This document shows, one piece after another, positions 46,562-56,284 of a stretch of DNA of 64,000 nucleotides. This stretch comes from Candidatus Yanofskybacteria bacterium RIFCSPHIGHO2_12_FULL_45_19b (GTDB lineage: Bacteria; Patescibacteriota; Minisyncoccia; 2-02-FULL-40-12; IGHO2-12-FULL-4), in contig MGKD01000013.1 of NCBI GenBank assembly GCA_001794605.1, forward strand, positions 13,463 through 77,462, in the 5' to 3' direction. The notes below the pieces were generated by a model. The model was not told where the DNA came from and did no database searches. It worked only from the letters and a program-made list of their open reading frames with translations. Every line of letters begins with the position of its first letter. The stretch's first letter is position 1. The position numbers were made by a program, and so were the translations under genes.

Positions 46562-47584
46562 ATGAACAAGAAAATAAAGTTTCTACAGGTGGGACTGGGG
46601 TCAATGGGAAAACGACGTATTCGTTGTCTGTTGCATTTAGGTATACAGTCGGAACAAATTTTTGGTTTTGACCCCGTGCCGAGTAAGCGGACGAAGGCGG
46701 AAAGCGAATATGCCATTAAAACTTTTAGTAACTTTAAACAAGCAGTGGCTACTGTAAACCCCGATGTCTACATCGTCTCTACTCCACCGGATAAGCATGC
46801 CCCCTACTTTCTTTTCGCTGCAAGGCAGAAAAAACACGTTTTTGTAGAAGCAACTACGCTTGCCGATGGTTATCGACAACTAGAAAAAATGCAGGACGGT
46901 AGTTTTATTGCCGCCGCCTCTTGTAGTTGGCGTTATCTCCCGGCAATTAAAAAGATCGGTCAATTGGTGAAACAAGGCCGTATTGGGAAAGTTCTGTCTT
47001 TTCAGTATCACATGGGGCAGTATCTACCGGATTGGCACCCCTGGGAAGACTATCGTAAGGTATATTTCGCTAAAAAAGTAACTGGTGCTTGTCGAGAAAT
47101 GTTTCCCTTTGAGTTGGTTTGGATTAATCACATTCTGCAGTCGTCAGTAAAACGGATCAGTGGCCTGGTCAGGAAGTTGTCTGATTTAGACATGTCGGCG
47201 GATGACCTTTATGCAGCGGTGTTAGAGTATAAAAGCGGGGTGGTAGGCACGGTCAGTATTGATGTTTTGGCGCGTACTGCTTTACGCACCCTACGCCTGG
47301 TTGGTACAGAGGGAGTTTTGGATTGGGACTGGCTTAACTATCAGATAAAAATTTTTTCAGTGCGTAAAAAAAAGTGGCAGACTATTTCTTTGCGAGCCGG
47401 TAGGGCGGAGAAAAATTATGTTACCACCGAAGATATGTATCAGGAGGAAATTAAACAGTTTCTGGATGCCATCGCGGGCAAGCAGGCCTATCCCTATAGT
47501 TTTGCGGAAGATCAGCAGATTCTAAATACCACTTTTGCTTTAGAAAAAAGTTCCAGAACCGGAAAGACTTGCCGGGTAGCTTAA
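46562..47584 (+). CDS. Gfo/Idh/MocA-family oxidoreductase
   Basis: GLGSMG, STPP..H, HVFVE, YLPDWHPWEDYR. Confidence 0.87.
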   Translation: MNKKIKFLQVGLGSMGKRRIRCLLHLGIQSEQIFGFDPVPSKRTKAESEYAIKTFSNFKQAVATVNPDVYIVSTPPDKHAPYFLFAARQKKHVFVEATTLADGYRQLEKMQDGSFIAAASCSWRYLPAIKKIGQLVKQGRIGKVLSFQYHMGQYLPDWHPWEDYRKVYFAKKVTGACREMFPFELVWINHILQSSVKRISGLVRKLSDLDMSADDLYAAVLEYKSGVVGTVSIDVLARTALRTLRLVGTEGVLDWDWLNYQIKIFSVRKKKWQTISLRAGRAEKNYVTTEDMYQEEIKQFLDAIAGKQAYPYSFAEDQQILNTTFALEKSSRTGKTCRVA

Positions 47585-47590
47585 TATAAA

Positions 47591-48742
47591 ATGGCGACTA
47601 CGAAGAAAAAAATTGCATATATTTCTGGTACGCGAGCTGATTTCGGCATTATGACCGCTATTTTAGAGGCGATTCGACAGCATCCAGCCCTGGATTTACA
47701 GTTGTATGCTACTGGGGTTCATCTGACTCCGGGATTTGGTACAACTTATCGGATGATTCAAAAACTTTTTTCACGGACCAAGCTAATTCGCGCAAGCTTT
47801 CAGTCGGATGATTTCTTTGGGGTAGCGCGTTTTTCTGGTCAGTTTATCTCTAAACTAGTTAGTATCTTTTCTAAGGATCGTCCAGATTTTGTGCTGTTAT
47901 TGGGGGATCGTCCAGAGCAGTTATGTGTGGCGCTGGTCTGTTTGTATTTGGGTATTCCCGCCGGGCATTTCAGAGGAGGTGAGGTTTCTTCTACTTTTGA
48001 CGAGACTGCTCGCCATGCCATTACCAAGCTGGCGAGTTTGCATTTTCCCGCCACCAAGGAGGCAGCCAAGAGAATTGAGAAAATGGGGGAGGAAAAATGG
48101 CGCATTCACACGGTGGGAGAGGCATCTCTAGACGTAATCTTGCACCAACCATTGCCCAGTCGAGAGGCCGTATTAAAGTTTCTGGGATTAGCGGCGGGAC
48201 AAAAGTTTATTTTACTAACACAACATCCAGTAAGCTATGAGCTGGCCGACACTAGTCAACAGATTCGGGAAACTATAAAAGCGGTTAAAGCCATCGGCTT
48301 GCCAGTTGTAGTAACCTACCCGCATGCTGATGCTGGCGGAAGAAAGATTATTCTTGAAATTGAAAGAGAAAGAGATAATTCATTATTTAAAATTTTTCCT
48401 AGTTTGGAATACAAACTTTTTTTAGCGTTAGAACGAGAAGCGGCCGTTTGGGTCGGTAACTCCAGCGGTGCCTTGGTAGAATCCTCTTCTTTTGCCACGC
48501 CAGTAGTAAATATCGGTACTCGGCAAAAAGGTCGTCAACGTGGTGGAAACGTGCTTGACGTTGGTTATGATCAGGATGAAATTATAGTTGCCATCAAAAA
48601 ATCTCTAGCCCTAAGCTACCTAGCTAAGTTAAAAAGACTAAAAAATCCTTGGGGGGATGGCAAGACCGGGAAACGGGTGGCAGAAATTATAGGAAATCTA
48701 ACTATTGACAATAAACTGTTAAACAAACAGATCGCTTATTGA
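47591..48742 (+). CDS. neuC: Second hydrolysing NDP-sugar 2-epimerase (NeuC/LegG-like)
   Basis: SGTRADFG, LGDR, GGE, RHAITK, QHPV, GNSSG, GTRQ.GR, GDG. Confidence 0.88.
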   Translation: MATTKKKIAYISGTRADFGIMTAILEAIRQHPALDLQLYATGVHLTPGFGTTYRMIQKLFSRTKLIRASFQSDDFFGVARFSGQFISKLVSIFSKDRPDFVLLLGDRPEQLCVALVCLYLGIPAGHFRGGEVSSTFDETARHAITKLASLHFPATKEAAKRIEKMGEEKWRIHTVGEASLDVILHQPLPSREAVLKFLGLAAGQKFILLTQHPVSYELADTSQQIRETIKAVKAIGLPVVVTYPHADAGGRKIILEIERERDNSLFKIFPSLEYKLFLALEREAAVWVGNSSGALVESSSFATPVVNIGTRQKGRQRGGNVLDVGYDQDEIIVAIKKSLALSYLAKLKRLKNPWGDGKTGKRVAEIIGNLTIDNKLLNKQIAY

Positions 48743-48828
48743 TAAGTGTGAGTCACCGTAGGTTAAATATGACAAGTCTAAATAAATGTGTTAGAAGTTT
48801 AGAAGATTCATTAAAAAGGGGGTTTGGC

Positions 48829-49602
48829 ATGTCTAAACTGAAAAAAGCAGTACTTTTGGGGAGAAAAAAGGGAGCTAGCGATGCGCTGATCCATCTATGG
48901 CGCTTAGGGGTGGAGGTTCCCTTGGTGGTAGTAGAGGGTTCTGACTTGGCGGAGTCGGCGGGGCGATTAGGTATTAAGGTCTTGTTTGACGATGCTGAAT
49001 TATATACCCTAATTGAACAAGGCGATCAGTTGGTGACGGAGGTGGATTTGGTGGTTTCTTATTTGTTTGTAAAACGGATTAAGGAGCCACTTTTTAAGCT
49101 GGGTCGCCTGGGTTGTCTGAACTTTCATCCAGCACCGTTACCGGATTACAAAAGTCGAGCGGGCTACAACACAGCAATTTTGGATCGCAAAAATGAGTTT
49201 GGGGTCAGTGTTCATTTTATCGACTCAGAGCAATTTGATGCTGGTCCGATTATTGAGGTGTTGCGTTGGCCGATTGATTCGCAAGCAGAGACAGTGCTTT
49301 CACTAGAGAGTACCGCCCAGGAAAAACTGTTCGTATTATTTAAGAAAACGATACAACGTTTTATGCGCGGTGAACAAATTATCACTTTCGCTAACGCCGG
49401 AGGATACTATTTAACCTCTAAACAATTGGAAGCCATGAAAGAAGTTGATCTAGAAAAAGATTCACTGGAGGAAATTGATCGCAAGATCAGGGCGTTCTTT
49501 TTTCCACCCTATACCGGGGCGTACATTAGAGTGGGTGGCCAGAAGATTACCCTAGTAAACCAGACAGTTCTCGATCTGTTAGCTAGAAAGATCACCAAAT
49601 GA
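48829..49602 (+). CDS. Sugar N-formyltransferase
   Basis: NFHPAPLPDY, GVSVH, FDAGPII, RAFFFPP; next to an aminotransferase. Confidence 0.85.
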   Translation: MSKLKKAVLLGRKKGASDALIHLWRLGVEVPLVVVEGSDLAESAGRLGIKVLFDDAELYTLIEQGDQLVTEVDLVVSYLFVKRIKEPLFKLGRLGCLNFHPAPLPDYKSRAGYNTAILDRKNEFGVSVHFIDSEQFDAGPIIEVLRWPIDSQAETVLSLESTAQEKLFVLFKKTIQRFMRGEQIITFANAGGYYLTSKQLEAMKEVDLEKDSLEEIDRKIRAFFFPPYTGAYIRVGGQKITLVNQTVLDLLARKITK

Positions 49603-50732
49603 AATATCCGATTGCAAAACCCTATATTGGGAAGGAGGAAAAAGCTGTGGTAGCTAAGGTTTTGCGTTCCGGTGTTCTGAGTATTGGGCCAGAGGTGGTA
49701 GCTTTTGAAAAAGCCTTTGCGCTGAAACTTGGAACTAAGTTTGCTTGCGCGGTTTCTAGTGGTACGGCCGGACTGCACCTGACTATGTTGGCCGCCGGAC
49801 TTAAAAAGGGGGATGAGGTTTTAACTTCCCCCTTTTCTTTTATTGCGTCTGCCAATGCCATTCTTTATGTAGGCGCTACCCCGGTATTTGTAGACATCAA
49901 TCCGGTTAGTTTCAATATTGATCCGGACAAAATTGAAGAAAAGATTACCACCAAGACCAAGGCTATTTTGGTAGTACATATTTTTGGACAGTCTGCTGAT
50001 ATGAAACCAATTCTAAAACTAGCCAATAAATATAAGTTAAAAGTAATTGAGGATGCTTGTGAGTCTTTGAATGCCAGCTATCACGGCAAAAAGGTGGGGA
50101 CCTTTGGTGAGTCGGCCGTGTTTGCCTTCTATCCCAATAAACAGATGACTACGGGTGAAGGCGGTATGATAGTTACTAACGACCGATCAGTTGATGCTTT
50201 GTGCCGTAGTCTGCGTAATCAAGGACGCTCTGGTAATATGCAGTGGTTAGATCACGAACGACTGGGCTATAATTATCGCCTGGATGAGATGAGCGCCGCC
50301 CTGGGACGAGTGCAACTGCAAAAGTTAGACTGGTTAATTGCCGAGAAACGACGTATCGCCGCGCTTTACAAGAAGCATCTGGCGCCGTATCAAAAATTTT
50401 TACTATTGCCAAGAATTATATCAGGCAATATTCATAGTTGGTTCGTTTACGTGATCAATATCAAAAACCCTTTAATAAAAAGAGACGCAGTGATTGAAGA
50501 CCTAGAAAAACTAGGTATCAGCACCAAGGCTTATTTGCCCTCTATCCACCTGTTTAGTTTTTATAAAAAACTATTTAAGTATAAGCGGGGAGATTTTCCA
50601 GTTTCTGAAGCGGTGAGCGATTGTTCACTCGCCCTCCCGTTCTATATTGGCTTAAAAGAAAAAGATATAAAAATAATCAGTAATATAGTGGTAGCTACAC
50701 TAGAAAAACATGAAAAATATCTTCAAAAATAA
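49599..50732 (+). CDS. DegT/DnrJ/EryC1/StrS sugar aminotransferase
   Basis: SSGTAGL, IEDACE, FYPNKQMTTGEGG, GYNYR. Confidence 0.93.
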   Translation: MKYPIAKPYIGKEEKAVVAKVLRSGVLSIGPEVVAFEKAFALKLGTKFACAVSSGTAGLHLTMLAAGLKKGDEVLTSPFSFIASANAILYVGATPVFVDINPVSFNIDPDKIEEKITTKTKAILVVHIFGQSADMKPILKLANKYKLKVIEDACESLNASYHGKKVGTFGESAVFAFYPNKQMTTGEGGMIVTNDRSVDALCRSLRNQGRSGNMQWLDHERLGYNYRLDEMSAALGRVQLQKLDWLIAEKRRIAALYKKHLAPYQKFLLLPRIISGNIHSWFVYVINIKNPLIKRDAVIEDLEKLGISTKAYLPSIHLFSFYKKLFKYKRGDFPVSEAVSDCSLALPFYIGLKEKDIKIISNIVVATLEKHEKYLQK

Positions 50733-51711
50733 AATAATTCTGGTTACCGGTGGCACCGGCAGTATTGGTTCTAGTATCGTTCGACAGCTGCTTGCCTATG
50801 GACCAAAGCAGGTCAGAGTATTATCGCGTAACGAAACGCGCCAGTACGAACTGTTGGAAGCGCTAGATTATCCCGACAACCTACGGATGTTTATCGGTGA
50901 CATTAGGGATCGCGACCGTCTGCAACTGGCTTTTCGTAATGTGGATATAGTCTTTCATGCCGCAGCATTGAAACATGTTCCATTTTGTGAATATAACCCA
51001 ACTGAGGCAATGAAGACCAATATTGTTGGTTCACATAATGTTATTGATGCGGCTGTTCATGCTGGTGTAAAAAAGGTAATTGCCATTTCTACCGATAAGG
51101 TGGCCAATCCCTTTAATGTATTGGGGGTATCGAAATTGATGATGGAAAAACTTTTTATTAACTCGGATTTTATCACGGGGGATGATATAAAGTTTTCTTG
51201 TGTGCGTTTTGGCAATGTTGCCTGGTCAGATGGTTCAGTACTGCCGTTTTGGAAAAGGCAGGCCGAAAAGAAGGGGTCTATCAACGTAATGAATGGTAAG
51301 TCTACGCGTTTTTTTATGTCTATTGACCAAGCCGTTGGACTCACCTTGCAAGCGGCCGAGTTAAGTCAGGGGGCGGATATTTTTGTACTTAAAATGCCAG
51401 CGATTAGTCTAGCCGATTTAGCCAAGATTTTTATTAAAAAATATTACCCCAAGGCAAAAATTAAAGAGGTAGATAGCCGCCCAGGAGATAAGCTACACGA
51501 AGATTTGATAGGAGTTAACGAGTGGAACCGAGAGATTTGGAGCAATCAAAAGATGTTTGTCCTATTGGCTGCTACCAGTATCTACAATCAAGCCGAGAGA
51601 CCCAAGAAGTATTTTGGAGTAAAATATCCTGGCTTTAAACTGGTGACTGGTGCTTTGAGTTATTCTTCGCAGGAAAATATTGATACCGATGCTGTGGTGA
51701 AGATTATCTAA
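50710..51711 (+). CDS. NDP-GlcNAc 4,6-dehydratase (Polysacc_synt_2; PseB/CapD-like)
   Basis: TGGTGSIG, HAAALKHVP, STDK, VRFGNV, TRFFM, RPGDKLHE. Confidence 0.9.
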   Translation: MKNIFKNKIILVTGGTGSIGSSIVRQLLAYGPKQVRVLSRNETRQYELLEALDYPDNLRMFIGDIRDRDRLQLAFRNVDIVFHAAALKHVPFCEYNPTEAMKTNIVGSHNVIDAAVHAGVKKVIAISTDKVANPFNVLGVSKLMMEKLFINSDFITGDDIKFSCVRFGNVAWSDGSVLPFWKRQAEKKGSINVMNGKSTRFFMSIDQAVGLTLQAAELSQGADIFVLKMPAISLADLAKIFIKKYYPKAKIKEVDSRPGDKLHEDLIGVNEWNREIWSNQKMFVLLAATSIYNQAERPKKYFGVKYPGFKLVTGALSYSSQENIDTDAVVKII

Positions 51712-51713
51712 AC

Positions 51714-52886
51714 ATGCCTAACGACGCTCGTCTCATTACCTGGCCGTATTATGCCTTAGGAGTAGCACCGTCCTTAGCTCCAATGGAAGAGTGGGTGATT
51801 TTTTTTGGTGCAGATTTCTATAATATGACCGAGATTGATATCCCGGCTTTTATTGAAAAAACTAACCAGTGCCTAGACTATTTGAGAAAAAAGTTTCCAG
51901 GCAGTAAATTGATCTATCGTCCACATCCGGATGAAAGCAGGGAGCTGTTCGACCTAGATTTAGGTGGGTTTTTTATTCAGCGAGATGGCCAATCCGCCGA
52001 AGAATTTCTTTGGGCTAATCAAAGAAATATCAAACACGCTTTGTCGGTTTGTTCCACCTCTTCAATTGCAGCGCTTAGTTTAGGTTTAAATGCTCATGCT
52101 TTTTACAAATATTTCCGGGGGGTTTTTCGTGGTGCACACAAGATTTTTGTGGACAAATATTTTAGTGATCTGCCTGGCGACTTTTTTATTGAAGATTTAA
52201 ACAGTGCTCCACCGGAAAATAAGATAAATATATTGCCAGATCGGACTTTTATTGAGGAGTTTAGACAAATTATTTCTGTTAATTCTGGCTCACTGTGGTT
52301 TATCGTGGCAGAGAGCCGTCTCTTGCTGGTCATTACTGCTCTAACTAAGTTAGTAAAAAGCTTTTTTCCCGATCGGCAGATTAACTTAATAATTTCCGGA
52401 CATCATCGTTGGCAGGGTCAAACCCTAACGGCTTTGCATCAAGATTTTCACCAGGTTTTGGTATTTCCCCGGTGCTTCTATTCGCTAAAGCTGAATAAGT
52501 TATTTTCTGCTTGGCGTACGGCTAAAAAAATAAAGAAATTATCAGTTAACTCAAGTTCCATTTTTATTGGTTTGGCACACCATAGTTTTATTGAAAATTG
52601 TTTTATTTCTTATCATCCAAAACCTTTTAAGCTGGCTTTTATACCGGAAAAAACCTGGGAAATAACTTTCCAACCAGAAAGGTCTGGTTTTAATCTCAAA
52701 AACCTTCGTGTTACCAAAGCTGGCTGGTTTTATAACTATTTTTTGGAACCATTTTTAGGTCTCAATCGCACCAGCTATCAGCAATATAGTGAACCAAGCC
52801 ACTTAGCATTTATTCGGTTGCAAAAGTCGTTGGAGCAACTATATGACCGAGTTTTTCTATTCAAAAACTGTCCACCCTCTCATTAG
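51714..52886 (+). CDS. Putative nonulosonate (sialyl)transferase, permuted GT-B; paralogue of 35753
   Basis: YRPHP and SVCSTSS in the N-half; shares WV.F.G, CLDY, HHRWQ, ENC and LYD.V with 35753. Confidence 0.55.
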   Translation: MPNDARLITWPYYALGVAPSLAPMEEWVIFFGADFYNMTEIDIPAFIEKTNQCLDYLRKKFPGSKLIYRPHPDESRELFDLDLGGFFIQRDGQSAEEFLWANQRNIKHALSVCSTSSIAALSLGLNAHAFYKYFRGVFRGAHKIFVDKYFSDLPGDFFIEDLNSAPPENKINILPDRTFIEEFRQIISVNSGSLWFIVAESRLLLVITALTKLVKSFFPDRQINLIISGHHRWQGQTLTALHQDFHQVLVFPRCFYSLKLNKLFSAWRTAKKIKKLSVNSSSIFIGLAHHSFIENCFISYHPKPFKLAFIPEKTWEITFQPERSGFNLKNLRVTKAGWFYNYFLEPFLGLNRTSYQQYSEPSHLAFIRLQKSLEQLYDRVFLFKNCPPSH

Positions 52887-52980
52887 TTTGTTTTTCAGGA
52901 TAACAGTTATCAACAGTTTAGTTATTGCCAAGCGGTTTTAGGTATATAATTGGGGGAATAGTTTAATTATACCCATACCT

Positions 52981-53943
52981 ATGGCAAAATATCGGCTTCT
53001 CGCGGCAGTTACAATAATTGCCTCATTCATGGGTGGAACGGCCTTCGCTGCTTCCACTATCGGTACCAATATGAGTACCACTGGAACGCTGACGGTCACC
53101 AGCGATTCCGCTACGGCAGTGCAGTTCCAAAATGCAGCTGGCACCACTACGGTTTTTATTGTGGATGCATCGAATACTCGGGCGGGAGTTAACGCCGGTG
53201 GAGCGGTAGACACCACCTTTGAGGTGGGTGGCACCGCTTCTATCTCTGGTATGGTTTCTCTTTACGGCCATGCTTCTACTTCTGGCAATTTCGAGATGAC
53301 CTCTTCTAGCGCCCTATTCGGTGCTAATGCGGGGGGGACTATTGATACGATGTTGGAAATCGGCGGTACGGCTTCTATTTCTGGCTTCTCGAAGTTCGGT
53401 TCCCATGCCTCCGTAGCTGGTAATTTTGAATTGACTAGCAGTAGCGCGCTTTTAGGAGTTATTCCTGGCGGTACAATTGACACCAGTTTCGAGGTCGGTG
53501 GCACTGCCTCGATCAGCGGCATTATTACCTTGGGGGGTACTGGGTCAACTGGCGGCCAGTTTCGCCCAGGAGCTAATAGTGCTACGGCTTTTCGCTTTCA
53601 AAACGCGGCTGGCACTACCGACGTACTATCAATTGATACTTCCAATACTCGGGTAGGGGTCAATGCTGGGGGCACCCTAAATACCACTTTTGAAGTCGGT
53701 GGCACCGCTTCGATTACTAGTGTGTTTGCACTGACCAACTTTGTAGTCGGTAAAAATACTGCTAGCTCCAGCACCGCCTATTTAGGCGAGTTCTCTACCA
53801 CTGGTACAACCAGTCTCTTACTGCACGGCACTTCTTCTAACAAAGGCACCTGTTTACAGATGAAAAACACAGCCGGGACCATTGTCTATTTACGGGTAGA
53901 AGACACTACGCTTACCATCAATAATGTCACGTGTCATCCATAG
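52981..53943 (+). CDS. Secreted repeat (fibre/adhesin-like) protein
   Basis: Signal peptide AFA; four GG..(D/N)T..E(V/I)GGTASI repeats; C-terminal Cys pair. Confidence 0.8.
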   Translation: MAKYRLLAAVTIIASFMGGTAFAASTIGTNMSTTGTLTVTSDSATAVQFQNAAGTTTVFIVDASNTRAGVNAGGAVDTTFEVGGTASISGMVSLYGHASTSGNFEMTSSSALFGANAGGTIDTMLEIGGTASISGFSKFGSHASVAGNFELTSSSALLGVIPGGTIDTSFEVGGTASISGIITLGGTGSTGGQFRPGANSATAFRFQNAAGTTDVLSIDTSNTRVGVNAGGTLNTTFEVGGTASITSVFALTNFVVGKNTASSSTAYLGEFSTTGTTSLLLHGTSSNKGTCLQMKNTAGTIVYLRVEDTTLTINNVTCHP

Positions 53944-53961
53944 TGCTGCTATTTATCTGCT

Positions 53962-54402
53962 ATGTCACTCAAGTTGAACCAGAGAAGTTTTCAGCTTTTC
54001 AATACTGTGGTGCTTGCTGTTCTATTGCTGCTGGCGCTGGTAGCCGTACTGATTCATTTTTACCGGCTTAGTACGGGGCGTGAGCGTACTACTGTGGTTG
54101 GTAGACAGGCTTACCAGGCGGTTTTTCTGACTAATGACCAGGTATATTTTGGTCATCTAGATGCCGTTGATACTAGATACCCTATCCTAGACGATGTTTA
54201 TTATGTTCAACTACTACCGGCCGATCCAAATAGCGACAAGTCAGCCTCCACTGGCCGAGTGGTGCGACTAATTGATAGCGCTACCCATAAACCCACTAAT
54301 CGTATGATACTTAATCGAGAGCAGATTCTTTTCTGGGAAGACCTATCTGACCGTTCTCCGATTCTGCAAAAAATTATGGAACTAAAACAAACCGTACAAT
54401 GA
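53962..54402 (+). CDS. Membrane-anchored hypothetical protein
   Basis: N-terminal TM; YQAVFLTNDQVYFG..DVYY..ILFWEDL. Confidence 0.75.
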   Translation: MSLKLNQRSFQLFNTVVLAVLLLLALVAVLIHFYRLSTGRERTTVVGRQAYQAVFLTNDQVYFGHLDAVDTRYPILDDVYYVQLLPADPNSDKSASTGRVVRLIDSATHKPTNRMILNREQILFWEDLSDRSPILQKIMELKQTVQ

Positions 54403-55340
54403 AAAAGATATTATTATCAACTACTGTTTGCCTAAGTCTGATTCTGCTATCGGCCGGTGTACCTGATGCTTTGGCGGTGGGTAACGCTTATTTCCCGCAG
54501 AATACCACCCTAACTTTAGATGGATCAAACTACACCATTGTCCAGTCCTCTAATGCCGACCAGATTAGTACTAGTGGTGACACTCTGACCTTATTGATGT
54601 CAGCCGGACAGGAGTTTGTTTTAACATCAGCCGACCGGCGGGTGATGACCAATAGTGGTAACTATTCCTATTCTTGTTCCAGTAGTCAATCTAGTCTTAC
54701 TGTTAATATTCCGGTCGGCTCTAGCCAGACCACGGTTACGGTTACTCCAAAAGGTGATTGTACCACCTCTAATGTTAGTGGTGGCGGCGGAGGTACTAGC
54801 GGTGGAGGAGGAGGCGGGGGATCAGCCAGCGCTACTCCAACCACTACTCCCAGTGTTACTCCAAGTGCCAGCCCAGTCGGTAGCACTCGCGCTACGCCCA
54901 AAGCACACGGGTTAAAGGAGGGTGATACGGTTTCCGCCCAGGGTTCTAATGATCCTGATATCTACATCGTTAATGAACATGGCTTTAAGCGTCTATTTCT
55001 TAATCCAATCATCTTTAACTTCTATGGTCATTTAGGCGGTTTTAGTAAAGTAAACAAGATTACCGCTACGACCCGTGATGTTTTTGAGGTGTCCGGGCTA
55101 TTCCGCAACTGCGAGAGTAACGATAAAAAAGTCTATGGGGTAGAGGTAACCGGGGAAGATGTGGGGATGCTACACCACGTTAATCTGACGGGTGATCAAG
55201 CGGTCGCCCAAGATGCGGAATTCTTTAAAAAGGTTTTCTGTATTAATAATAACGAATTTAACTGGTATACGGCCAAGGGCACTAACTTTGGTTCGGTTTA
55301 TTCCGCCCTCAGTCAGTTGCCAATTTATAAACGCAAATAG
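54399..55340 (+). CDS. Secreted protein with C-terminal copy of the S-layer N-terminal domain
   Basis: Signal peptide, Gly/PT linker, 85/121 ungapped identity to the S-layer N-domain. Confidence 0.85.
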   Translation: MKKILLSTTVCLSLILLSAGVPDALAVGNAYFPQNTTLTLDGSNYTIVQSSNADQISTSGDTLTLLMSAGQEFVLTSADRRVMTNSGNYSYSCSSSQSSLTVNIPVGSSQTTVTVTPKGDCTTSNVSGGGGGTSGGGGGGGSASATPTTTPSVTPSASPVGSTRATPKAHGLKEGDTVSAQGSNDPDIYIVNEHGFKRLFLNPIIFNFYGHLGGFSKVNKITATTRDVFEVSGLFRNCESNDKKVYGVEVTGEDVGMLHHVNLTGDQAVAQDAEFFKKVFCINNNEFNWYTAKGTNFGSVYSALSQLPIYKRK

Positions 55341-55353
55341 ACTTTAGTTTTTC

Positions 55354-55385
55354 ACAAAAGCCGGACGATACCGCCCGGCTTTTGT
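55354..55385 (+). terminator. Rho-independent terminator
   Basis: ACAAAAGCCGG-N10-CCGGCTTTTGT. Confidence 0.8.
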
Positions 55386-55420
55386 ATTGTTTTGCTGATC
55401 TGGTATAGTTTTGATAAATT

Positions 55421-56284
55421 GTGAAGAGAATTTTTGAACTAGGAAAAAGTTCTTACCGCTTTTTGCGGCGCTGGCTAAGGATTAGTCGGTTTTACGCTGG
55501 TGGGGAAAAGCCCTGGAGCAGGGGATATTTTGAATACAAGTGGCGGGCGATAGCTAAAGCTATTAATGACCCGAGGCTTAGGCAACTATTCGAGCGTGGC
55601 GGCAATCTGCCGCGGGGGTATGGCTTTGGCATTGATGAGCGCATCATTGAACTGCCTTGGGCATTAGCACAGTTATCGGAACAGCCACTAAGCCTACTAG
55701 ATGCTGGCTCGGCCTTAAACTTTTTGCCACTCATTATTCACTCCAAACTCAAAAACAAAAAACTGACCATTATTACGTTGGCTCCCGAGACCAATAATTT
55801 TTCGCGGCAAGGTGTGAGATATACCTATGGTGATATGCGTAAACTTCGGTTTGCAGATCAAGCCTTTGATGCTATCACTTGCATCTCTACTCTCGAACAT
55901 GTTGGTCTAGATAACCAAGCTATTTATACACACGAACAAAAATATGCGGAAAATCATCCGGCCGATTATCTAGTCGCGCTGAAGCAGCTTTATCGAGTCT
56001 TGCGCCCGGGCGGGACCCTGCTCCTAACAGTGCCTTTCGGCCAGTATGTTAATATTGGTTTCATGCAACAGTTTACTCCCGAAATGGTAGATAAAGTAGT
56101 GAGCGTTTGCCCCTGGAAGCAGTCTGTAGTAACGTACTACAAATACCACTCGGGCGGATGGGATGTTAGTACCCGTGAGCAGGCCGAAGGTGTAAAATAT
56201 TTTAATATCCATACTACTAAGAAAATTGAGGCCGATGGCGCGGCCGCCGCGCGGGCAGTGGCTTGTATTAAACTAACAAAATGA
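55421..56284 (+). CDS. Class I SAM-dependent methyltransferase
   Basis: LLDAGS, GDMR, FDAITCISTLEHVG, LRPGG..LTVP. Confidence 0.82.
   Translation: MKRIFELGKSSYRFLRRWLRISRFYAGGEKPWSRGYFEYKWRAIAKAINDPRLRQLFERGGNLPRGYGFGIDERIIELPWALAQLSEQPLSLLDAGSALNFLPLIIHSKLKNKKLTIITLAPETNNFSRQGVRYTYGDMRKLRFADQAFDAITCISTLEHVGLDNQAIYTHEQKYAENHPADYLVALKQLYRVLRPGGTLLLTVPFGQYVNIGFMQQFTPEMVDKVVSVCPWKQSVVTYYKYHSGGWDVSTREQAEGVKYFNIHTTKKIEADGAAAARAVACIKLTK

Noticed and set aside
48829-49602. fmt (Met-tRNA formyltransferase)
   Set aside because: Short, lacks the full C-terminal domain and is coupled to a DegT aminotransferase
54894-55337. DGR template/variable repeat or gene-conversion cassette with 7570-7995
   Set aside because: Similarity is protein-level with many synonymous changes, not adenine-specific, and no reverse transcriptase is present
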